Assembly: GCA_002811645.1 (NCBI GenBank)
Contig: PDIP01000033.1
Location: 1 to 64,000, forward strand
Reading direction: 5' to 3'
DNA length: 64,000 nucleotides
DNA from: Corallochytrium limacisporum Hawaii
Taxonomy: Eukaryota; Protista; Pluriformea
Both the position numbers and the translations under genes were made by a program. Below are positions 44,563 to 56,200 of this stretch, one piece after another. Positions within the stretch are counted from its first letter, which is position 1; each line of letters starts with the position of its first letter. Under the pieces are notes generated by a model. That model was not told where the DNA came from. It saw only the letters and a program-made list of their open reading frames with translations, and did no database searches.

Positions 44563-45360
44563 ATGAAAATTTGCCACAGACTATGGGGCCCAAAGGCCAT
44601 CGTGGCTAGCATAAGCCTTTTGGTCGTAACAGTGATTGGTATGTTTCTGATCCTGTTTTCTCTCTCCCTACCATGCGGAAGGAACCAGCAGCAGTATCTT
44701 TACTGGGTCACCAGTGGTGCTTGTGACAGCGACTTTTTTTTTTGGGCAGATTGCGACAATACAGTTTCTACACATGACGAGGACCGCGAAAGGGCAAAGT
44801 ATCTGATTCTCAATGGGGGAATCGTAGCTTGTCTCGGCATTGCGATCCGGCTGTCAGCGCTCTTGCCGAAGAAGACAAAGCGCTTGAATACCTTTCTTCG
44901 CGTGACGGGTGCCATATTAATGTCAGGGGGTGGTATCTGTGCAATAACATCGCTTAAACCTACTTTGGCATACCTCAAAGACTGGCCGGGAACTGGCTTC
45001 ACGACTGGCGAGTCTGTCCTCCTGGTTGGGTCGTTCATCGCCTTCTTCAGTGGTGCATCGTTAGCAATGGTGTCTTTCCCTGTGGAACAGTATCGATTCC
45101 GTGCTATTCAGATTTCCAACGTCCCTGTGCAGTCCACTGCAGTGGAAAAGGGGAATGCAGAGAGCACAGGGGTAGTGATTCGGAGCCCGAATAAACTGCC
45201 GCCGTGTGAAGTTGATTCAGCACGGCGAAGACTACGGAGATGGAGGAAAACCATCTGCATTACCATTCTATCGCTTAGCAATATAACAGGTGTAATAGTC
45301 ATCTTGTGCTTACCCCTGTACAGTCCATCCAATGACAATCCAGGACCACATTCGTACTAG
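44563..45360 (+). CDS. Multi-pass membrane protein with claudin/PMP22-like 4-TM topology plus the start of a second unit
   Basis: TM1, Cys-containing loop, TM2-4, a linker, then a fifth hydrophobic helix. Canonical claudin motif not intact. Confidence 0.55.
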   Translation: MKICHRLWGPKAIVASISLLVVTVIGMFLILFSLSLPCGRNQQQYLYWVTSGACDSDFFFWADCDNTVSTHDEDRERAKYLILNGGIVACLGIAIRLSALLPKKTKRLNTFLRVTGAILMSGGGICAITSLKPTLAYLKDWPGTGFTTGESVLLVGSFIAFFSGASLAMVSFPVEQYRFRAIQISNVPVQSTAVEKGNAESTGVVIRSPNKLPPCEVDSARRRLRRWRKTICITILSLSNITGVIVILCLPLYSPSNDNPGPHSY

Positions 45361-45726
45361 AAATACGGTGTTCAAAGGTATTGCATCATCGACAACCAGA
45401 TCATTGACAATTCCATTGGAGCAGACAGTCGTCTGCAGTCTCCACAAAAGTGTCGATAAACGAGCGTTCAGGACCTCATTATGATTGTCATATTAACTAA
45501 ATCTGTAGAGTCCTTGAAAACTTCTGAACTTCAATGTATTTCGTTTGAACAGTCACATAAGGCATGGAACATGATTGGTACCAATCGGTTTGGGTTCTCC
45601 TCCTTCTTTCCCCAGGCCTAGGGAGGCCCCGGAAGGTTGGAAGTCCTACCCGACCCTCCGGGTTCAGGGAGCGGGTAGGGGAATTGGCCGGGGGAAAGGG
45701 GGGTACCATCGTTGAAGCCGATCGGC

Positions 45727-46809
45727 TCAACAGGTCAGACAAGTTGGATGAATGAGATCATGGCGATTAAACACATATACCTGCTCAAAGACTGGATCAG
45801 TGCGACCATAAAAAGAGGCTGGGTAATTGTAGATCAGGTACTTGTTGAGCTGTTTGACACTATCAAAATGGCTATCATTTTTGCGTGCTTCACCTATGAA
45901 GAAGTTGGCCAACCATTGACTGGCGGCAATAGTGTCCGTATCATGAGCAATGTTTCCCCAAGGCTTCCATTCAAACTGTGGTTTCTCAGGATGCCACTGT
46001 ACTGCCCAAATCGGATATTCATCAGATTCGATTGTGGAGACAAATGGCTGGTTGTTTAGATCTGTGGAAGTGCTAATCAAGTTCCAAAAGTTGTTCAGAG
46101 CGGGTGTGGCTTCGAAATGGTCCAAGTGAAGACCGTACATGTGATTGTTATTGGTAACACTTCGAAGAGCAAAGGTTTCAATGACTGAAGCAGGAGCGTC
46201 TTGAAAGAGTCGCGAACTACGATAGTTCTTGACAAAATGGAGCGGAAGATTGATGTCGGTGGCATTCGTATTCCCCAAAACATTCTGCTGTGCGGAAACG
46301 TTCACTAGGAGCTCAAACCCAAGACAAATCCCAAACACCGGGAACGCCTTGCCCTTTGCATGATACTCTTTCACTTTGTTTAGAATGATCAGTCCAGTCT
46401 CATACCATGGTGTGTTTGGTACTGGCTCACCGGCACCTCCTGGGAAGACCAGCCCGTTGATACGCTCTAACAAGAATTGCAAGTGGTCTTCAGGGGCATC
46501 GTACGGGATGGGAACCACACGACCACCAGCTGCTTCAATCCATTTTACTGTTGGACCGGCAATGTATTGGTCTCCTTTGTCATCGTAAGGAGAGATAGTA
46601 GGCTCAGTCATGATTCCGATGATCGGTCCGGCAAATAGCTTATTGCGTACATTGTGGTTGTCCTTGCCGGATTCATTTGTCTCAGAGTATGAAAGAGTGT
46701 TGAGTTCAAGGTCAAGTTCTGTGAACCCTTGAGGAGGGGCAGCCAAACCGTTAATAACGGTGCCCAAGCTAACCAGAACCAGACAGAGAAACTCAAGTTG
46801 GTTGTGCAT
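45727..46809 (-). CDS. GGH: Gamma-glutamyl hydrolase (peptidase C26)
   Basis: Signal peptide, PIIGI, YIA...VKWIEAAGGRVVPI, NGLVFPGG, GICLGFELL (catalytic Cys) and VQWHPEK..FEW. Confidence 0.95.
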   Translation of the reverse strand: MHNQLEFLCLVLVSLGTVINGLAAPPQGFTELDLELNTLSYSETNESGKDNHNVRNKLFAGPIIGIMTEPTISPYDDKGDQYIAGPTVKWIEAAGGRVVPIPYDAPEDHLQFLLERINGLVFPGGAGEPVPNTPWYETGLIILNKVKEYHAKGKAFPVFGICLGFELLVNVSAQQNVLGNTNATDINLPLHFVKNYRSSRLFQDAPASVIETFALRSVTNNNHMYGLHLDHFEATPALNNFWNLISTSTDLNNQPFVSTIESDEYPIWAVQWHPEKPQFEWKPWGNIAHDTDTIAASQWLANFFIGEARKNDSHFDSVKQLNKYLIYNYPASFYGRTDPVFEQVYVFNRHDLIHPTCLTC

Positions 46810-47746
46810 TATGAGGAGACGAAAATACCTTCACGCCTGTTGGGTTGAAAGATTTAGATACAAACTTGTCACTTAAGGGTGTTCAGCGGCAATGCTGGAA
46901 TCTTTGGATCTTAAACACCACATTCCCCTTATGAAATCGATGTAGAATTTCTTCCAAGGCCTATTGGTGAAACCACTGCACCGAAATCCGAACATGCTTC
47001 CTATCCTGATCTATTGTCCCTACGCGTATTTCTACGGTATGGATGTATATTGGACATGCCGCTATATTGCAACCAGTAGTGTTGCAAAGTGTATCCGCTA
47101 CAACTTCAGCAAATGCAAAGGATTCGGTTCCGGCTCTGAGCCATCGAGTCTAACGGTATCAGACTATAGTTCCTCTGTCGCCTTCGACGTTCACCGGCTC
47201 CTGCACGATTCTGGTCGATTTTCCCTTCAGGCCTGGTCGATGACTCTCGCGAATTCAGTTGCCCAGGAGAACGGACAGTTCTATAGGGAATTGGTAGGGA
47301 AGCGGTACTGCCGATACTTACCCGCTTACCCGCCCCCCGGCCCCCCTCCCCCCCTCAAAAGGAAATCCAGGGTCCATGTTTCTCCTGTCTTTCAATCGGG
47401 GACCGTCTCAGATCTTCGGTGGTAGCAGTACAAACACTATGTAGAAAGAGAGTGTCGACCACTCCCTAAGAGTATACCTTAGTAATACCCGTCCCATCCA
47501 GAAAGAGCTCGTGGAAAGCGGGCTACGGTGCCGATGCTTCTCAGCCTCACCGTAGGTCATGACCAAGGATCCGTGCTAATGTGCACGTCGGAACCAATTA
47601 AGCGTACCGACACCGAAAGGTCACCATCAATGCTGACAATGAAGCCCCCCCCGGGGAACGAACGAAAAAGAGGTTTTGCAATAGGTACAGTAATTTGGAA
47701 AATGGAAGATTGGCGACGATTCTGACGATTCCAGCCACAAAATCAC

Positions 47747-47785
47747 AGAGAGAGAGAGAGAGAGAGAGAAGGAGAGAGAGAGAGA

Positions 47786-47842
<57 letters not shown>

Positions 47843-47856
47843 GGGGGGGGGGGGGG
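47747..47856. repeat. (GA)n microsatellite followed by G15
   Basis: Seen directly in the sequence. Confidence 0.95.
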
Positions 47857-48698
47857 AGAAAGTTTTGGGGAGGAGTGAGGCAGGCGAGCGGACTGGAGGC
47901 CAAGACCCGCCGCGGAGGAGAGGGGGAGAAAGAAAGGAAATCGAACTCGCGTCATTCCCTTTTGCTGCCTGGGCCACAGCACACGCACCCAGCGACACTG
48001 ACACTGCTGCACTTGCAGCCTCACACTCACACGTCCCAAGGGCCGCCGGCCGCAGGGACCCCCCGGAAGGGAAGGGGGGGGCCAGTGACAGGTACACCAG
48101 AGAGGCCCCGCAGCAGCAGCGAAAGCACCAAGCACCAAGCAGCGTCCCGACGACAACACCCAAAGAAAATTTACTGGGCCCGTTCCGTCGTCCCCAGCCC
48201 TCCGCCACTCGGAGCCGGCGAGGGAGCGAGAGTGGAGCGGTTCTCCCCGGAGAGTGGGGGCCAAAGGCCCGGGGTTGACGTTTTCTCTTGGGTTTCCTTT
48301 GCTTTTGTGTCAGCAGGTCGCTGAAGAAACGAAATGGGTGCCCTTGGCAGTACTTTGCCGAGCGACTTAATTAATTGGGCGTTTGCTTTGTTCCTGGATA
48401 ACCTTGGCAAGTTGTCAGGTTTGACTTCACTGAACGTAAGCTTGTTTCATGAACGTTTTCCTTCCTACCGCTGGAATTCACAACCATGGAACAGTAAAGC
48501 TACCTAACACTGGAGATGGTAATCGGAACGAAGTAGTTGACTTAGCTACCGGTCGGTGAAATAAGAACCGGGGGAAAACCCGAACGACGTGGACATCCAG
48601 TAAGAGAACATGGGGTTGGCCATTCATGAGCCTTAGCAAAATAAAAGAAAGCATGACCTGAACAAGTGAATTTGAGGGAAGGAAAACGGGAATAGATC

Positions 48699-50480
48699 AT
48701 GGTCCTAAAGCTATCCGACCGTCAATACCGGTCACTCGGGCAGGTCCCAGTGCATCTGACAAATGAGTATACTATTGCCCGGGCAACCGCAGCCGATCCA
48801 CACGTTCTGCGGACCGCAGAACGGGCAGCTCACGGTGTTCAGGGTAGTCGCTTTCTGCACGATTTCAGTCTAGAAGAGACCGTACAGCTACGCATTCACG
48901 GCCGGCGAGACCAGGAAAAGAAAGAGATCGAAGCACGTAAGAAGCGTATTGCAGACGCCGAGGAAGCAGCGAAACCCGCTGCGGCGCGCCTGTTTGATAA
49001 GCAAGGCACAGAGGCGCTGATCCCGACACGTGCTTCTCAGGAAGCACAGCAGCAGCTCGGTACGGAGTCCGTCGGGTCCGATCAACGGTCATCTCCTGGC
49101 GAGACAGCCCCTACGGAATCACCGAACTCGGGAAGCCCTCGCCAGACCGTGAGGCTTTCTCCAGGAGTGGAACTAAGTAACGGTATGGCGGCGGTGATCG
49201 GTGAACTGGGACAGAAACAAGAGGAGGCACAGGAGCACAAGGTTCCGCCTGTAGCATTGCAGATGAACGGCGACAATGGTAAGATACCTATACAAAAAGT
49301 CGACTCCACCGGCTCTTCTGGCTCCTCACTATTCGTTCGTAAGGCCAAGACCACGGATAACAACGCCGTGAGCAGCCCTGTGTACATCCACAGCAGCCTG
49401 CTTAAGGAATTTGAAGACGACCATGCGGATCCTTTCAAAATTGTGGAAATGCAGGGAGTCAATGAGAGCGAGGAATTGGCCAGTGTCTTTGGCGGCGGCA
49501 ATGCGTCGAATGTGGCGGCTGCTCCCCAGCCGGACCAGCAGCGGCCACAACAACCGGTACGCCCTCCTCGTCGGTCGCGGTCAAATTCGGCCGAGAATCT
49601 GCCGGGTCAAGCAGCTCAGCAACCACCGCAGTTTCAGTCCTATGCTCCGAACGACATGCACAATGTTTTCCTGGGCCAGCTGCAACAGCAGCAATCGGCA
49701 ATGCAAAACAATAATCACCACCATCCAGGACCGCACCACATGGGGTCGCAACAGGACGTACAACCGCACCCTCAACAACAGCATCCACCAACCGCATACC
49801 AAGCCCCTCAGGGTGACCAGCAGCGGCACTCCTCGTCCGGAACGAGTGGGTACGTAGCACCACCACCGCCCAGCACAGGTGCCGGTGGCTACCCGAGGCT
49901 TAACGGGGTGAGCACGACTGCGGACGAGACAGTAGCCGCATCAACCTCTGTCAAGAAGAGTCCCAGGTCCCAACGCAAGGCCGGCACTGGTAAGGATGGC
50001 CCCAACAATAAACGCCGTCCCAAGGTGGATGTGAGCGGCAAGGCCTCCCGGGACCAGAGCAGAGGCAAGAACGGCGAAGCAGCAGGGCAGGACGATACTC
50101 CACCGACATACACCGAGGCCGTGGCCGTCACGGACCCCATGATGCGCAAGTTTATGGACATGGGTTTTCCCCGGGACCGTATTGCTCGCGGTCTGGTATA
50201 CATCGGTGGGGATGACCCGGAGGCCGTCTTCAACTACCTCGTTGCCCTACACGAGCTCATGGATGACCCCACAACGCCGTTGCCACTTGAGGCCGCTGAG
50301 GAGGCCTACCAAAGGTACAATGACGACCTGCAGACGGCCAAGACGTACGGGTTCGCATTCCAGAAGGTAAAGGAAATGGGCTTTGACGAAGTGGACGTGC
50401 GGGTAGCCCTCCGAACCAAAAATAATAACGCAGAGGAGGCCATTGAAGCTCTGTTGAGTGGAGAGCTTGGTAACAACTAG
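48699..50480 (+). CDS. UBAP1: UBAP1-like ESCRT-I subunit (N-terminal UMA, C-terminal SOUBA/UBA)
   Basis: LGQVPV...HDFSLEE (UMA), EFEDDHADPF..VEMQGVNESEELASV, and C-terminal UBA repeats MGFPRD and EMGFD...NNAEEAIEAL. Confidence 0.82.
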   Translation: MVLKLSDRQYRSLGQVPVHLTNEYTIARATAADPHVLRTAERAAHGVQGSRFLHDFSLEETVQLRIHGRRDQEKKEIEARKKRIADAEEAAKPAAARLFDKQGTEALIPTRASQEAQQQLGTESVGSDQRSSPGETAPTESPNSGSPRQTVRLSPGVELSNGMAAVIGELGQKQEEAQEHKVPPVALQMNGDNGKIPIQKVDSTGSSGSSLFVRKAKTTDNNAVSSPVYIHSSLLKEFEDDHADPFKIVEMQGVNESEELASVFGGGNASNVAAAPQPDQQRPQQPVRPPRRSRSNSAENLPGQAAQQPPQFQSYAPNDMHNVFLGQLQQQQSAMQNNNHHHPGPHHMGSQQDVQPHPQQQHPPTAYQAPQGDQQRHSSSGTSGYVAPPPPSTGAGGYPRLNGVSTTADETVAASTSVKKSPRSQRKAGTGKDGPNNKRRPKVDVSGKASRDQSRGKNGEAAGQDDTPPTYTEAVAVTDPMMRKFMDMGFPRDRIARGLVYIGGDDPEAVFNYLVALHELMDDPTTPLPLEAAEEAYQRYNDDLQTAKTYGFAFQKVKEMGFDEVDVRVALRTKNNNAEEAIEALLSGELGNN

Positions 50481-50654
50481 ATGATTGCCAAGACCATGAT
50501 GCACATTGTAGGAGTTGCTTGTATATACAAATCGTGTTTATTTTCCGTATTTTGGTATTGGTTCAAATCCAAACAAAAATGTAGTTGAGTACTACGCCAA
50601 CCGACGAGACTGATCGATTGCAAACGAAACGCTCCAATTAAACTTCTTTCTATT

Positions 50655-53066
50655 TTAAAACTTGCGATTGACCACGGCCTTGGTCTGCTGCAAGGGACCC
50701 ACATGTGGGTACTGCTCTTGCAGTTCCGGTGTAGGCAACTGATGGCAGTCCCTGTACCGATCAAGCAGTGTCGGCACGCGGCTGTCCAGTTGGACACGGG
50801 CGATGCCGGCTAGGGGCGCCCGCGGGGACAGGGACGGTGGCGGTGTCGCCCTGCCTGAATGGTTCTTGGTTTGCGACGGAAGCCGCAGAGATGGGGGTAG
50901 GACCGCGCCGTCGACGCTGACACTGCGTCTCGCGAGAGGATTGCGGTGCGTTGTCTCGACATTGCGCCCTTCATCATCGGACGACGACATGCCACCATCA
51001 TCTACAGTTGCACCGTTGGCGTTGGTCGGGGACTGCCCTTTGTCGTCGTCACCCGTCTTTCCACTGTCGACCAGGATAGAGTATGGCTTGTGGTAATAAA
51101 TGGTCAGGGGCAGCGCCAAACCAATCGGGTGACCCTGACGGTCCTTATTAGGCTGCCGTACACCAGAAGGTCGCGGAGAGGACCCCAGAAGGCTCAAAGG
51201 AGACCCAAATTCGAGTTTTGATGCGGAACTGAGGACATCACTGTTTCGGAAACTGACAGCGGAGACCACAGGGGCCTGGCCCGGATCCTCCAAGACAATG
51301 CCTCCGGAGCAGACGCTGCACCAATGGTTCAAGACATAGTGATCGTCGGACCGGTCCTCATAACCCCATCGGGGATCATGGATGGAATGACTGCGGCGAA
51401 TATTACTATCTTGATCACTCTCTGGATCCAGCAGCAAGGAATGGACATCGACGGTGAGGTGGAAGTCCTTGCCATGATGGTTGTTCCAGTGGTCGCCTGC
51501 ATGGCCCATATCCGCATGGAGGGCGAATTTGAGGTCCACGGGGAACCGCATCGAACTCTGTGCCGCCAGAGTAAATCGCTGCGCCTTGCTCAGGTCCTCA
51601 GAAGGATTGACTTGCAGTTCCGTGCACCCGAGTAGCTTGATCTCAAAAGCAAAGACGTCTATGTTCTGTTCCGGTAGGGAGCAGAAGTAGTGTGCCTCAC
51701 TATCGTGCTGATGCCGCCAATTATCCACGGTAAAGCGGACAGACACGTGCTTATCGTAGGCCTCATTGCGGACGAGAATCTCGCCGCACACAGTGGTGTC
51801 TTCGAGCCGGACAGTGGCCAGCCCGACGTGCCCACCCCCGGCAATCAGCCGTTGCTCACAGTGGTCCGGTGTGAGTTCGTCAAGTTCTTCTTCCAGAAAG
51901 AATTCTGCCCAGGTTTCTTCATCCTCCTCTTTAGACCCCGAAAACGTCCTCTCCTCTTCCACCGCAACACGGTCGAGGTTATCTGAGCTGTCAAAGCGGA
52001 AGAGCATATGACTCTTGTCTTCATCAGCATCGTCATCATCGTCGCTATCACTGTCCGCGGGCTGTCGTGGGCTGCTGCTGCCGTGATGCATCCGCGGATC
52101 GTTCACGTGAAAGAGTGACTCGCTGCCCGTAAAGTTGCGCTTCGGGTCCGGTGAGAACGCACCCCGGGCCGGTACCCGATGTTTTGCGTAAAAGTTTGGT
52201 CTAGTTAAGTAGAAGCGCGGCACCACTCTGTAAGGGTAGGGCGAGACGTACCGCTTCCAATCCCAGACCTGGCTGTGATCATGACTTGCACAGCTCTTAG
52301 CCACCACTGAACCCGACGTTTTTATGGTTTCAAAGTCAAAGTTACACATGCACCGCTGCCGTACGTGGTGCTTTGGGCGCGGGTGGCGCTGACTCGCTGG
52401 GACCCGTGGTAGGTTCTTTCGTGTGTTGGCCTCCGAGTTGGTGGCACGCGGTGGCTCGAGGCCAGTTGCGACATTATTCAGGATCCGTTCAGTGCCCGTG
52501 GGCTCTTCAGGTGTTGTGCTCAGCTTGGACGCCACTGCTGGCTTGTAACCCGCAAAACTAAGACGTCCTGGATTCCACTGTGGTGACGGACAGCGGAACA
52601 ACCAGATTTCGGGTTGGCTTTCGAATTGGACCTTTCGTTCATGCACATGCTTCAGGCGGTAGCTCGAGCTCCAGTCATTGCTTTCCACGTCACTGGTACT
52701 GTACCCGCTTTCATTGTCTGAATCTTCCTGAATCAAATTGTTAATGGCTTGTTTGTTCAGTGGAATATCGATTGGTGATGACGAAGAGGTAGTCACCACT
52801 AGGGTCTCGCCGTTTTGTCTCAAAGACGGAACAGTTGTCCGGGTGAGCTTCTCTTCGCCTTCAGGCGCAACCTCACCAAAGAGATCCTTTGCAACATCGA
52901 CTTCATTCTTCTCAGCCTTTGTGTGATGATGATGGTGATGTCTATGCCGGCGACCTCTATGATCAAATGACGTAGATCTCTTCAAGATTCCTTTCAATGG
53001 CGTCGTCAACTTGGACGCCTTCTGTTGATTCTCCCCCGTATCCGACATACCAGGTTGTGGTGGCAT
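50655..53066 (-). CDS. Protein phosphatase 1 glycogen-targeting regulatory subunit (PPP1R3/Gac1-like, CBM21)
   Basis: KGILK (SILK-like) and RKVQF (RVxF) PP1-docking motifs; CBM21 motifs GEILVRNEAYDKHVSVRFTVDNW and HWNNHHGKDF. Confidence 0.87.
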   Translation of the reverse strand: MPPQPGMSDTGENQQKASKLTTPLKGILKRSTSFDHRGRRHRHHHHHHTKAEKNEVDVAKDLFGEVAPEGEEKLTRTTVPSLRQNGETLVVTTSSSSPIDIPLNKQAINNLIQEDSDNESGYSTSDVESNDWSSSYRLKHVHERKVQFESQPEIWLFRCPSPQWNPGRLSFAGYKPAVASKLSTTPEEPTGTERILNNVATGLEPPRATNSEANTRKNLPRVPASQRHPRPKHHVRQRCMCNFDFETIKTSGSVVAKSCASHDHSQVWDWKRYVSPYPYRVVPRFYLTRPNFYAKHRVPARGAFSPDPKRNFTGSESLFHVNDPRMHHGSSSPRQPADSDSDDDDDADEDKSHMLFRFDSSDNLDRVAVEEERTFSGSKEEDEETWAEFFLEEELDELTPDHCEQRLIAGGGHVGLATVRLEDTTVCGEILVRNEAYDKHVSVRFTVDNWRHQHDSEAHYFCSLPEQNIDVFAFEIKLLGCTELQVNPSEDLSKAQRFTLAAQSSMRFPVDLKFALHADMGHAGDHWNNHHGKDFHLTVDVHSLLLDPESDQDSNIRRSHSIHDPRWGYEDRSDDHYVLNHWCSVCSGGIVLEDPGQAPVVSAVSFRNSDVLSSASKLEFGSPLSLLGSSPRPSGVRQPNKDRQGHPIGLALPLTIYYHKPYSILVDSGKTGDDDKGQSPTNANGATVDDGGMSSSDDEGRNVETTHRNPLARRSVSVDGAVLPPSLRLPSQTKNHSGRATPPPSLSPRAPLAGIARVQLDSRVPTLLDRYRDCHQLPTPELQEQYPHVGPLQQTKAVVNRKF

Positions 53067-55457
53067 GGCTACATGACTACATGACAAACTACGTTTCTTG
53101 TCGACCTATGTTCTGTATATCATCCAATGGTAATGGAGATACCTAGGTTTACACCATAATATTTCATAAGACGTTGCGGTGAATAGTATGCTAAACCATA
53201 TGAACTATTCGCTATACATCAACGACTTTCTTGCGCACAGATCCTGCGCACAAGAGCTCTGATATAGCTGCATCAAAACTTCATGGATTACCATAACTAA
53301 GCTATTGTCCACTGAAGAAAAGCAACGCAACTTTGCAGCGTGACACACATTGCAAACATCATCGAAGTAGATGTCGTCATTGTTCTGCCAACCATCATCC
53401 CCGCAGAGTCTTACGCACCGAGACCCCTCCCTTCCCCATCCAACAAAGGAATAGAACCAAGACACACTCTCTCGCTACTTGCGCTTGTGTTTTCCCTGGT
53501 CGTGTTCTTTCGGTGTGGGGTAAACTTTAGGCAAGGGGAACGAAGGGTGGGTTGGTTGGTTGGTTGGTTGGGGGTTGGGGGGTTTTCGGTCTGCAATGGA
53601 TCTGTGCGACACGCTTTTTCGTTGGTTTTTACTTTTCGGTTTCCTCGTTTCGCTCACTAAACCTCCTCCTCCTCCTCCCCCCTTCACCCCCTCACCCAAC
53701 CCCACCCACCACACACACTCCCTCTTCCGTTGGGTCCCCTTTGCCTCACGCCTGATTATTTTTCTTCATGTTTTTTTTTCCTTTCCAAGGAGCCTCAGAC
53801 CTCCTTAAAACCGGGAGGAACGGGCCAAACGGGGAGGGAGGGAAAAAGTTCCCCGCACCCCCTGACTGCCTCGCTTCCCACCCATCGCCACAAGAATATT
53901 TCTTCTCGATCTTGTGACATTCTTGTCCTGCCCAGGCACACACTTTTAAGAAGGTTAAAAAGGGGAGAACAGAGGAAGGCGAAAGTGGGGGACGGGTAAG
54001 GGACAAACCGAGCCATGAGCCCTGAAGGAAGAAGAAAAATATGGCAGCGGTCCCCACTCTGTGCGTATCACTTGATAAATGTGAAGAAAAAAATGGGGAA
54101 ACAGACACACCACCGAACTTCCGCCAAGGCAAGAAAAGTCAACCCGGAGAGAACTGACAGGGCCCCCCCCCACGGAAGGGGTGTGTGTGTGTGTTGTGCG
54201 GTGGAAGCAGGGGACCACCCGAAATCCGGGGCCGGCAACGCAAGTGGGTTCATTCCGTAGTGAATGTGCGGGTGCAACGGGGAGGGAGACGGGCAAATGG
54301 CAAAACACAAAAGCACACCACACACACACTCTGTCTCTCCCTTGGCGGGGTTGGGGGAGTGTTCGGAGGACGAGGAATACACCCGCCGCCCGCTCTCTGC
54401 GTGGTTTTTGCACTGGGCACCGGGGAGGGTACGTTAGTACGACGAGGCTCAACCCTCGGCACGAAAGCGGGCCCTGAAGGTGCAGCCACTCAGGGCCACA
54501 GAGATCACACTGGCCTTGCGAATGAATGACGAAATTATCCCTCTTTTTCCGTTTTTCCTTTTCTTCCATTGCGCAGGGGCCGCAGGTGAGGATCGGTTGG
54601 GTTTGGGGAAAGGGCGGGGTAGGGGGGATTCGGGGACCAAACTCCTTGCCCCCCCCCCCCTGCCCCGCATTTTCTCCAAGCCTGACAAAACAACAGCGTG
54701 CAGAAGCGTACATAATTTATGAAAGAAATATCGATATTCTGGGGGAAGGCGAACAAAAAATAGAAAAAGGGAAGAGTGAGAGAGATTGAGATACCACCGG
54801 GTCTGATGGCAGACACACTCACCCCACCGCGCAGCAGCAGCGAACAAAAGGGAGAAAACGGGAAAAAAAAAAACAAAAGTGCTGTTTCTCCCTAACCGGG
54901 GCCCTAAAACCACTCCAACCTTTACGTAAATCAAATAGGCCCCCAATCTGTTTTGATTATTCTCTTTTCTTGCTATTTGCAGTGTACGAGATGTGTGGCG
55001 CTCCCATCTGCGCTTCGTTTCCGAAGGGCCCGCCGATTGTCTACCACCGATGGGTACCCAATCCCGCGAACGCAACCGGTGCTCCCTGGCCCCACTATGA
55101 AAATCTGCCGGTATATCGTTCAAACGAAGTCCATGACAAGAGAGATTTTGTCACACCGATGCTTGACAGCCTTTGGGAGAAGCACATTACCCACCTGTCC
55201 CCCACTTTACCCGCCACCAAACAAAGCCGGGTAGCAAATCAGTACATCGTCCCTACTCGTTCGGAACATTATAAAAAAGGAAGGGGACTTTTTCTTCGCG
55301 ATCGAGAAATTCCTATCTCTGTACCTCCTCACATTCCATACTTTTAGTATCAGTGGTATGACAAGAAAAAGAGAAAAAAAAAAGAGCGATACCTTTCTTT
55401 GGTTCAAGGGGATGGGGGGAAATATCTCCGCACACACACGCCCCCTGTACGTGGCAA

Positions 55458-55532
55458 TCCCGTACGCAGCACATACGACGGCTCCCGTACGCAGCACATA
55501 CGACGGCTCCCGTACGCAGCACATACGACGGC
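55458..55532. repeat. Perfect tandem repeat, 3 x 25 bp (TCCCGTACGCAGCACATACGACGGC)
   Basis: Three identical adjacent copies with no spacers. Confidence 0.95.
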
Positions 55533-56200
55533 TGTTGTCTCCTCAAACCACACACTCCGCCCGGGTTGGAGGGCCAAGGGCACGCTCCGTGCGCCACAAA
55601 GTAAACATATGCAGTAGAGTGGATATCGCACAGCTGGGTTTAACGGTGTAATTATCATCATCATCGCAGTGTGACGGTATTAAGTAACGGATCCTCTAGC
55701 ATGCACTAGGTCATAGTCAATCTCAAACTGCAATCACTGTGCAACTTCCAGGCGATCAAGCTGTGTGTGGCCCCGATATACCCCGAGACAACTATGGCAC
55801 AAGCTGCGTACCGCTGGCCCAAAGTTTGCGCCACGTACCGACCCGGGAATCAAGGGAAAGTGGTGCGGTATGAAATCCATAGAAAATAAGCTCGATTTAT
55901 TTCCATTCGAAATCAGTGGTCAAGTGGGTCCCCTTCAAACGGGGGCCTAAATAGATCTGATAATTTCGTGCGGATTCTGTACGATACAGGGTTCGAACAT
56001 TTCCCGCCCTTTGGGGGTGTTGACATTTGATTGTTTTCTCGCGTGTTTGCGGTGGTATATTGGAGGTAGAGGATCAGAAAGAGACCCAGTTCCCAAAGGT
56101 GCACAAGTCGATGAAGGCTGTATCTGTCCTGGCAAGAAATATGCACTCAAAATGAAGGGATGTGACTGAATCTCACTTGACACCGCAAACCATAAACACC

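Noticed and set aside
5015-45360. TAG reassignment or systematic readthrough suggested by in-frame TAGs at 5015, 38796 and 45358
   Set aside because: TAG ends APC2, PPAT and UBAP1 at their expected C-termini, and the interrupted ORFs look like decaying genes.
47598-48324. Long ORFs across the (GA)n repeat, and similar ones at 20891-21411, 53955-55123 and across the N gap
   Set aside because: They arise from low-complexity, stop-poor sequence or from Ns.
50555-50575. tRNA T-arm-like TTGGTTCAAATCCAA (also GGTTCGAA near 55990)
   Set aside because: No acceptor stem, D-arm or anticodon arm can be formed.
55458-55532. CRISPR array
   Set aside because: Repeats are contiguous with no spacers, there are no cas genes, and the context is eukaryotic.
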